Source of the DNA: Octopus vulgaris
Taxonomy: Eukaryota
DNA length: 64,000 nucleotides
Direction of reading: 5' to 3'
Assembly (NCBI GenBank): GCA_951406725.2
Contig: OX597814.1
Span: forward strand, 114,142,001 to 114,206,000
This document shows positions 52,598 to 63,200 of the stretch, in pieces. The position numbers and the translations under genes are program-made. Positions within the stretch are counted from its first letter, which is position 1; the number at the start of each line of letters is the position of its first letter. Below the pieces are notes generated by a model. That model ran no database searches and was not told the origin of the DNA. It was given only the letters and a program-made list of their open reading frames with translations.

Positions 52598-55500
52598 GGT
52601 GGCGAGTTGGCAAAATCATTAGCATGCCGGTCGAAATGCTTAGCGGTATTTCATCTGCCGTTATGTTCGGAGTTCAAATTCCACTAAGGTCGACTTTGCC
52701 TTTCATCCTTTCAGGGTCGATAAATTAAGTACTAGTTACGCACTGGGGTCGATGTAATCGACTTAATCTATGTCTGTCCTTGTTTGTCCCCTCTGTCTTT
52801 AGCCCCTTGTGGGTAATAAAGAAATAGGTATTTCGTCTGCCGTTATGTTCGGAGTTCAAATTCCACTAAGGTCGACTTTGCCTTTCATCCTTTCGGGGTC
52901 GATAAATTAAGTACTAGTTACATACTGGGGTCAATATAATCAACTTAATGTCCTTGTTTGTCCCCTCTATGTTTAGCCCCTTGTAGGCAAAGCCCCTGTA
53001 CCTGGCTTTCATTGACATGGACAAAGCCTTCGACAGGGTCTCCCGATCCCTTATCTGGTGGTCAATGAGGAAACTAGGGATAGATGAATGGTAATAAATA
53101 GGTGTGTGAAAAAGTGCCAATCCCTAGCAGTTGAGGGAACCCGTGGAAGAGGTAGACCCAGGAAAACCTGGGACAAGGTGGTGAAGCACGACTTTCGAAC
53201 TTTAGGCCCTACCGAGACAATGACCAGCGACCGAGACCTTTGGAAATATGCTGTGCGTGAGAAGACCAGGCAGGACAAGTGAGTCCAGCCCACTTAAGCA
53301 TGTATTTCCTCCCTTGGACAAACAAAGACCTGTTGAGGCAAGCAAAGTCGAAATTGAACCTCATCCGATGACAGGCACCCATGCCAACCTCACTTTATTA
53401 GACACTAAACTCTGCTTGCGAAGACCTGTTGGGGCAAGTGAAATCGAAATCGGAATCGAAATTGAACCAATCCTATGACTGGCACCCGGCAGTTGCCAGG
53501 GCCGCTGGACTGACTCCTGTGCAGGTGGCAAGTAAAGAAACACCATTTCGACCCTATGCTTGAGGAGATCCATTGAGTCAAGTACACCGAGATCAAAATC
53601 AATGGAAACTGCAGTTGTGATCCCTGAGCCGGTTGCATGTAAAAAGCACCATCTGAACGTGGCCGATGCCAGCGCCGCCTAGACTGGTTTTCGTGCCGGT
53701 GGCATGTAAAAAGAGCTATCCGAATCGTGGCTGATGCCAGCGCTGCCTTGACTTGCTTCCGTGCTGGTGGCACGTAAAAAACATCATCCGAATCGTGGCC
53801 AATTGCCAGTGCCACCTTGACTGGCTTCCGTGCCGGTGGCACGTAAAATGCACCAATCTGATCGTGACTGTTGCCAGCCTCGCCTGGCACCTGTGCAGGT
53901 GTCATGTAAAAAGCACCCACTACACTCACGGAGTGGTTGGCGTTAGGAAGGGCATCCAGCTGTAGAAACACTCCCAGATCAGACCGGAGCCTGGTGCAGC
54001 CTTCTGGCTTCCCAGATCCCCGGTCGAACCATCCAACCCATGCTAGCATGGAGAACGGACGATGATGATGATGATGATGATGATGAATATCAAAAAATAC
54101 CTTAGGAATAAGAACCTAGGTACAAAATTTCCCCAAGAATCTGATGAAAGCTGGAGGATATATCAGCCGAAACGTGTTAACAGCAAACAAGAGGAGGACA
54201 AGTATTCGTCAAATGTAAATAATGACAAAATTATTTTACTACTAAATCCTTCATTATTTCCAAAATCAATTCAAACAAAGGCAGTATGTTTCAGCAGCAA
54301 TATTGGTTTCAAATTTTGGCACAAGGCCAGCAATTTTGGGTGAGGAGGTGAGTCAATTACCTTGACCACAGTACTCAGGTACTCTCTTTAACTCTCTTTT
54401 ACTTGTTTCAGTCATTTGACTGCGGCCATGCTGGAGCACCGCCTTTAGTTGAGCAAATCAACCCCAGGACTTATTCTTTGGAAGCCTAGTACTTATTCTA
54501 TCGGTCACTTAGGCCGAACTGCTAAGTTACAGGGACGTAAACACACTACCATCAGTTGTCAAGCAATGGTGGGGGGGACAAACACAGACACACAAACATA
54601 TACGCATGCATACATACATATATATATACACATATATATATACATATACACATATATACGACAGTTTCCGTCTACAAAATCCACTCACAAGGCTTTGGTT
54701 GACCTGAAGCTATAGTAGAAGACACTTGCCCAAGGTGCCACGGAGTTGGAATGAACCTGGAACCATGTGGTTGGTAAGCAAGCTACTTACCACACAGCCA
54801 CTCCTGTGCCTATAAATGTGTGACACTTACAGCACCTAGGTTTCCCAAGCGGTCACCCATCTAAGTACTAACTAGTCTCGACGTTGCTTAACATCGGTGA
54901 TCGAACGAGAACCAGTGCTTTCAACGTGAGTACATTTTTTTTTTTTATATCAATCTCAAAAAGATGAATGGCAAAGTCTACCTTGGCAGAATTTGAGCTC
55001 TGAAAGTAAAGACTAACAAAATGCTGTTACACGATTCGCCTGGCATGATACTGATTGTGCCAGCTTGCAGTCTTTCAGAAAAAAGTATTAGAAACAAAAT
55101 GGTTAAAGTGTTGTAAATTAAAACCTTTCACCAAATTCTATGTTTTGTTTCAAATGCCAGCATAATAACGGCAAAGTTATTTTCCTAAATTCTTCATTAT
55201 TTTCAGATTTAATTAAAAAGAAAAATAGATAAATTAACAATTTATTTCAACGGAATTCTGGTAATGAACTGATCAAATATTTTGTAATTAGTTAATAAAT
55301 TACATAAAAGATTTAGTTAGAGTCAGGTAATTTTGATTTCACAGAGAGTCAAATACAGTGAATATCAGATATGACATTAGTGAAAGACAGCTAATGACTA
55401 ATCCGTGGCATTATACTAGGTTTTATACATTTCACTTCACTTTCATTGCAGAAAGGCATGAATGTCATGTAATCACTCATCCTTCTCTCATACAAATTAC

Positions 55501-57235
55501 GTTATTAGAAACATTGATATTCATCATCATTTAACGTCCGCTTTCCATGCTAGCATGGGTTGGACGATTTGACTGAGGTCTGGCAAACCAGACTCCAATC
55601 TGATCTGGCAGAGTTTCTACAGCTGGATGCCCTTCCTAACGCCAACCACTCTGTGAGTGTAGTGGGTGCTTTTATGTGCCACCGGCACGAGGGCCAGTCA
55701 GGCGGTAGTGGAAACAGCCACGCTCAAAGGGTGCTTTTTATGTGCCACCTGCACAGGAGCCAGTCCAGCAGCACTGGCGACGACCTCACTCGAATGTTTC
55801 ACGTGCCACAAGTGCTGATATTGATACACAAAAACTATTCAACAAGCCTCAGACATTACTGGGTGTTCAAATTAAATTTGATGGTTTTTTTTTCTTAGGT
55901 TTCCTTTTTTTTAAGACCAGTGTGATGTGTTGGTGAACAGTCAACAGCATTGGAGAGCATAAAGATTAAAGCTGTAGTTGAGAAAAAGTTATCTGACATG
56001 GAGGACTGGAAGCCATCTGAATATAAGGAAAAGGGTTAGTTATCTGTTTTATAATGATTCACACTGAATATCAAAATGCCAACATCATAATGGCTGCTCA
56101 AGGCTTTGAGAACACTGTCAAGGTTGTAAGACAGTCCGATTATGACAACCAAGCTCCCTGAAACTGTGAATGCCTTTAGAAGTGTCTCCAGTGAAGGCGA
56201 TCTTATGCTGTCTCACATCTTTGAACAGGGCCTTAGGCTCAATTCAGAAAGCTATGTGAAGCTGTTGGACACAGTAGTGAAATCCTGGCTGGAGAGGCTT
56301 GCTGTTGGAAGGCCATATGTGTGGCAACTAGCTTCCTATACCTCTAGAAAGAGAAGTAGTTGCTAGAGAATTTCTTTGACTCCACCAGCCCCTATTTCTT
56401 ATTTCTTTATTGCCCACAAGGGGCTAAACACAGAGGGGACAGACAAACAGATTAAGTTGATTACATTGACTCCAGTGTGTAACTGGTACTTAATTTATCG
56501 ACCTCAAAAGGATGAAAGGCAAAGTCGACCTCGGCGGAATTTGAACTCAGAACGTAACAGCAGATGAAATACTTGTTTCTTTATTACCCACAAGGGGCTA
56601 AACATAGAGGGGACAAACAAAGACAGACAAACAGATTAAGTCGATTACATTGACCCCAGTGTGTCACTGGTACTTAATTTATCAACCCCGAAAGGATGAA
56701 AGGCAAAGTTGACCTTGGCGGAATTTGAACTCAGAACATAACAGCAGACGAATTACTGCTAAGCATTTCGCCCGGTGCGCTAACATTTCTGCCAGCTCGC
56801 TGCCTTAATTTCTGACCCCATAATCCCTCTGACTGTATTCCATTGCAGGGCAGAGTTGTGAAAGACACCAACTGCTCTGCCTGCAACACCAGGGCTAAGT
56901 TGGTGGCTAACATCCAGGAGGTAATCAAAGATCTTCCTAGAGACACAGTAAAAATGCAAGTGCCATGTTCCGCAGCCATCTTGGTGCATACTTGGTCTCA
57001 TGAGTAACTGCCAAGGTGACAATCTGGATGAACTGAGGTTTTCACAAAAAGAAATCAACTAGCAAACACCCACATTATAAATATTGTCTGTCAGCCAAAC
57101 AGTTAAAATATGCAAGACTCTTCTTAAGTTCAAAATGCAATATTTTTGTTGTCTACATTCCAATGATGGATATTTGTATTTATGTTAGAAACTAGCTCCT
57201 TCTTTACAGGAGAAATTTAAATAATTAAAAATAGA

Positions 57236-57266
<31 letters not shown>

Positions 57267-60200
57267 CATTCATTCATTAATTCATTCATACATTCACACA
57301 TACATACATACATAAGAACCCACAGTATGGTAGAATCCATAGCCACTCATAATAAGGAGTACTGGTGAAGACCTCAATAACATGTAAGCAAAACAGATCT
57401 GATACAATGATTTGGAATAGAGAAGAGAAACTGTGCACAGTTGTGGAAATTAGTTGCCCAGCAGATGCTAACATAAAGCTGAAGATCAGTGAAAAAGAGA
57501 ATGCCAATGCTGAACTATTGAGAAATCTGCAGTTACTCTATCCAGATTACAAGTTCAGGTTTATACCTGTAATTATTGGGGCCCTGGGTTATGTAACATA
57601 CTGCCTAAATACCAGACTTGAGAAATTAAGCTTCTCAAAACCAGAAAGGACAAAGCTGATTTGAAGACTACAGATCCAGTCCATCATTGGAACTGTAAAA
57701 ATTTGTGAAACTTTCCAGAAGTTTATCATTTAAATATATATGAGCATGTGTAGATATGCAACTATATGCATGAGAATACATACATAAAGCAAAACATACA
57801 AATCTGCAAATATGCATGTATGCATGCATACAAAAATACCTTGTTGCTGATGTTGAAATTCCAATGATGGAGCCTTGGATCTAGGTTAGAAACCAGATCT
57901 TTTTCTGTTGACAAGAAATCTTGAAATAAAACTGAACAATGACATACATACATACAAACGCACACATACATACACAATTGGCAGGCCGCAGTTCCTGTCA
58001 ACTAAATTTTATTTACAAGGCATCAGTGAACTTCAGGCTATTTTGAAAGACATTTGCCAAAGATGCTAAGAAGTGGGATTGAAACTAGAAATGCAATGAT
58101 GCAAAGCACAAACTTCTAAGTCACACAGCTCTGCTTGCATCCATTAGAGAAAATGCTTTATTGACATCAGTTCAGAATGTCTAATATATGCTGATACAGA
58201 TGGTGATGATGATGATGATAACTATGACGACTATTCATTAAACATCATACATTAAAGTATAATTACAGAAAGGCTACTTTTGAAGATATGAGAAGATGCC
58301 TCTGTTAATTAAAATTTTAAATTTTCTATCACATAGCACGAAAGAAGAAAAAAAATAATATAATTAAATGGCGATCCAAGTCTAGCATTTGTAACTGCTG
58401 TGAATACGGAGCTTATACAAATCTTAAAAGTGATTAAAGTAAAAATTATGAAGCATTTTGAATGCGTATATTTATCTCAATATAATAAATTAATAAATTA
58501 AACCAAAACCAAACAATATTTAAAATTGATTCTTAAATTGCAAACGAAATTATAAATGGCAATTTTTACTGTAATAATTTGTAAGGATAAGATAAGCTAA
58601 GAGGTGAATTATTGTAATTTCAAACAGTTTTGAACTAACCTGAGCTAACACTTCACATAGGAGCAGCAGCACGCCGTCAAGCACACCATAGTCGAAAGGA
58701 TATCGGACACAAATCTGAAATGATAAAGTATTGATTAACCCGTTAAAATTTAAACCAGTCATGTTCAACCCAAAGATTCTGCCTGTTCTATGTCCACACT
58801 GGCCAGATTCAGCCTCTAACACCTACCCCACACAATGTCATTCCCAAAAGCAAACAATCACATCATCAAGATCTTGGAGCTACAAGACAGTTCATGATTA
58901 ATTCAAAACTTTGTGAATCAATAATTTGACAGAATAATCTGATAGCTAAAGGGTCAAAATATTTCATGTCAAAGAAGTTGGATTTTATCTCCATTTTCAT
59001 TCTATGAAGTAGCCTCCTCTGGGCAAGAAAATCCTTTAACGATCTAGTTAAATTAATAGCAAACAGCATCTGCTCGTTTATGAACTTTGAACAGCTTAAT
59101 TCCATGCCAGCCACATCTCTTGGAAACAATGGTCTGATGCCAGTCAATCAATTAATGTACAGGAATACATTATTTTGGGGATTAGTTTTAGCAACAAATG
59201 TTAATTGTCATGAAGGGAAATTTGATGCTGCAAAGAAAAGGAATTATATGAGATGAAAGCCATTGAAAATAGGGGAGGCGGGGTTATCATCATCATCATC
59301 ATCATCGTTTAACATCCGTTTTCCATGCTAGCACGGGTTGGACGGTTCGAGTGGGGTCTGGGAACTCAGGAGGCTGCACCAGGTTCCAGTGTGATCTGGC
59401 AGTGTTTCTACAGCTGGATGCCCTTCCTAACGCCAATCACTCCGTGAGTGTAGTGGGTTCTTTTTACGTGCCACTGGCACAGGTGCCAGGGGAGGCTGGC
59501 AGCGGCCACGATCGGTTGGTGCTTTTTACATGCCACCGGCACAGAAATCAGTCAGGGTGGTGCTGGCATCAGTCAGGGCGGTGCTGGCATCAACCATGTT
59601 CAGATGGTGCTTTTTACATGCCACCAGCACAGGCATCACAACTAAATTCATAGTAATCAGCATCCGTTCGTTTACGAACTTTGAACAGCTTAATTCCATG
59701 CCAGCCACATCTCTTGGAAACAATGGTCTGATGCCAGTCAATCAATTAATGTACAGGAATACATTATTTTGGAGGATTAGTTTTAGCAGCAAATGTTAAT
59801 TGTCATGAAGGGAAATTTGATGCTGCAAAGAAAGGGAATTATATGAGATTTAATAGATGAAAGACATTGAAAATAGGGGAAGCAGGGTTATAGGGGATGA
59901 AATTTATGATAAATTTGATAAATTGAGGGTCCAGCAGAAGATATTTGCACATGTTACCATGCAAGAGAACTATAATAAAGTTAGTATTAATAAGTGAAGG
60001 AAATTTAAATTGCTTTTGTTCCTAATGGAATGGCTTTCTGTACGACTACAGACTATATAATGATCCGAAATATAATGCTGATTGATGGTTAAAGGATGGG
60101 CTGTGAATAGAGAAGAACTGTAGCACCAGTATTGAACAGGATTTGTCAGTTATGTTATGCAAATATATGAAGCAATTTCAATCACATATTCTTATGTTTG

Positions 60201-63200
60201 AAAAGCATTGAATCGACCAAAAGTATTAGATTATGTCTTATCATAAAGTCATATTCGAACGAAGGTGTAATGAAACTGGGTGAAAAAAAAAGCACCTGAT
60301 GATAATAAGACTTGGAATGAAGGAGATCAATTAGATCATGGATAGATAAGTCTAGATTGAACTTGCATTTAAAACTATGATGCACAGAAACATTATTTTA
60401 TAAACCTATCTCAGAAGCATTGTAAAATAAGCGTTAAAATAACAATGAGGGTGATGATAGTGATGGAGGAGAACTTAGTGACAATGATAATGGTGGTGAG
60501 GATGCTAAAACTGATAAAGCAACAGAGGTGATGATGACAAAATATCGAAGACAACAATAATAATGAAAAAAAGAAATGATTTTTATTCGTAATGTAGAAG
60601 TGATAGTCCTGTAATATTATTTTTTATTAGTACTTTTTTTTATGAATATGATATGGAAGCATATAATTTATAGATTCAATATTATTGGATATTGGTTACT
60701 GAGATAAAGTAATATTGAAAATAAAAAAAGCCAATTTGAAATCAACTGCACACAACATTGCACATGCGAAAGAAACAAAAGAAACAGAACTACATTTTTG
60801 TGAAAGAATAATTATTATAATTTTCTACAAATTTCTTGAGAGAATATCATGAATAAAACTTATTTCTAGAGTAATTATATATGTTTCTAGCTTTTCTTCT
60901 TCTCAAATAGATTCACAGTTATAACCCCAAGAGACAATATACAAGACTAACAAATGAGGGAATCTTGACTCCCTCACTTGTTGAAATCAGGGTTTCAAAC
61001 TTTTTTTAATCTCATTCAACTACTGCTTTATCGTAAGAACAAAATTCGTCCTCTCGGTCAAACTGTGTATGTGGGTGGGTGGGGGTGACTTTTTTTTTTT
61101 TGTTTTTCTTTCAACTCTACCTGCTTGTCTTGCAAGTTACCTCTGATGGCCTTGCTAATGCCACTGACCTGAAAGAAACACTCTGTACACTGTAAAGTCA
61201 TTGGCGTTATGAAGAGCATCCAGCTGTAGAAACCATGCCAGCATAGAAAACAGATGAAAATGATTATTATATATATATATATATATACTCTTTACTTGCT
61301 TCAGTCATTTGACAGTGGCCATGCTAGAGCACCACCTTTAGTCAAGCAAATCGACCCCAGGACTTATTCTTCGTAAGCCTAGTACTTATTCTATCGGTCT
61401 CTTTTGCCAAACTGCTAAGTTACGGGTACATAACATTCCAGCATCGGTTGTCAAAAGATGTTGGGGGGCAAACACAGACACACAAACATATACACACACA
61501 CACACACACATACATATATACAATGGGTTTCTTTCAATTTCCATCTACCAAAACCATTCACAAGGTTTTGGTTGGCCCAAGGCTATAGTAGAAGACACTT
61601 ACCCAAGGTGCCACGCAGTGGGAATGAACCCAGAATCATGTGGTTGGTAAGCAAGCTACTTCCCACACAGCCACACCTTCACCTATATATATATATATAT
61701 ATATATATATGGTGTTAGGAAGGGCATCCAGCCGTAGAAACATTGCCAGATCAGACTGGGCCTGGTGCAGCCTTCTGGCTTCCCAGACCCCACTTGAACC
61801 GTCCAATCCATGCTAGCATGGAAAGCGGACGCTAAATGATGATGATGATATGGATCAAAACCATTTGATTCAAATTCGTTGGTACTGTGACAACTTCAAG
61901 TGTGATGCTTAATCTTCAGCCATTTTGAATGGGAATTCAAATTCAAAGTGGCTGAAGATTAGCATCATGCTTGAAACTCGGAGTACCAATGAATTTGAAA
62001 CAAACTCATTTGATCCATACATGTAACTCACAATTAATGTGCTGAGTGTCCTTCTTTCATTTTTAAAATGCACCATCCAAATGTGATCGATGCCAGCTCC
62101 TTCGCCCCAACTGGCTCCTGTGCCAGTGGCATGTAAAAAGCACCATCTGAATGTGGCTTTTGCCAATGCCGCCTTGACTGGCTCCCATGCCAGTGGCACA
62201 TAAAAACACCATCCAAACATGGTCAATGCCAGACATCTCCGGCCCCTGTGCCGGTTGCATGTAAAAGAACCCCACCCACAACACTCTTGGAGTTGTTGGT
62301 GTTAGGAAGAGCATCCAGCTGTAGAAACACTGCCAGATCAGACTGGAGCCTGGTGCAGCCGCCTGGCTTCCCAGACCCCCAGTCAAATCGTCCAACCCAT
62401 GTCAGTATAGAAAATGGACATTAAACGATGATGATATATATATATATATATATATATATGTTAGAAGACCTTGAAATATATATTTATATCTATGTACAAA
62501 TAAGTTTTATTCCTAATATCCTCTGAAGAAATTTGTAGAATATACATATATCTTTTTACTCAGGGACTAGTAGACCCAACACCGTTTGGTAATTGCTGCA
62601 CATTCAAAACCAGTGAACAGTAATTTATGAAACCGGTGTGACTTTGAATCTCTTTAATAATTCATAATAATTACTTTTATTCCACTTAATTCTACCTCAG
62701 AACATCTAATTGTATATATTTATTGTTACTTTTCATAAAAAAGCCTTTATTTTTTGATATCCAATGTGCATTTTTACTTTTTTCTTCTTACTTTCCCCAT
62801 ACCTTTTCCACATGTATTTTCTATTTTCTTTTTGAAACATATTTCTATTATATATATATATATGTGTGTGTGTCACCTTACTGGCACTTGTGATGGTGGC
62901 ATGTGAAAAAACACTCGAACGAGGTCATTGCCTGTGCCGCTGGACTCGCTCCTGTGCAGGCGGCACATAAAAAGCACGATTGAGTGTGGCCGCTGCCAGT
63001 ACCGCCAGACTGGCCCACGTGCCAGTGGCACGTAAAAGCACCCACTGCACTCTCAGTGGTTGGCGTTAGGAAGGGCATCCATCCGTAGAAACTCTGCCAG
63101 ATCAGACTGGAGCCTGGTGCAGCCTTCTGGTTCGCCAGTCCTCAGTCAAATTGTCCACCCCATGCTAGCATGGAAAGTGGATGTCAAACGATGATGATGA

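Noticed and set aside
54824-54928. Functional 5S rRNA gene
   Set aside because: The 5' strand of helix I is missing, there is no oligo-T terminator, and the copy is isolated inside another SINE
57845-57900. Hammerhead in the RLE-LINE 3' UTR
   Set aside because: A hairpin plus GAAA is present, but no properly placed CTGANGA core or stem I
61909-62060. Extra STK36 exon within ORF 61909-62226
   Set aside because: The region is a palindromic repeat next to an RTE tail; exons 63416 and 58714 already join in frame
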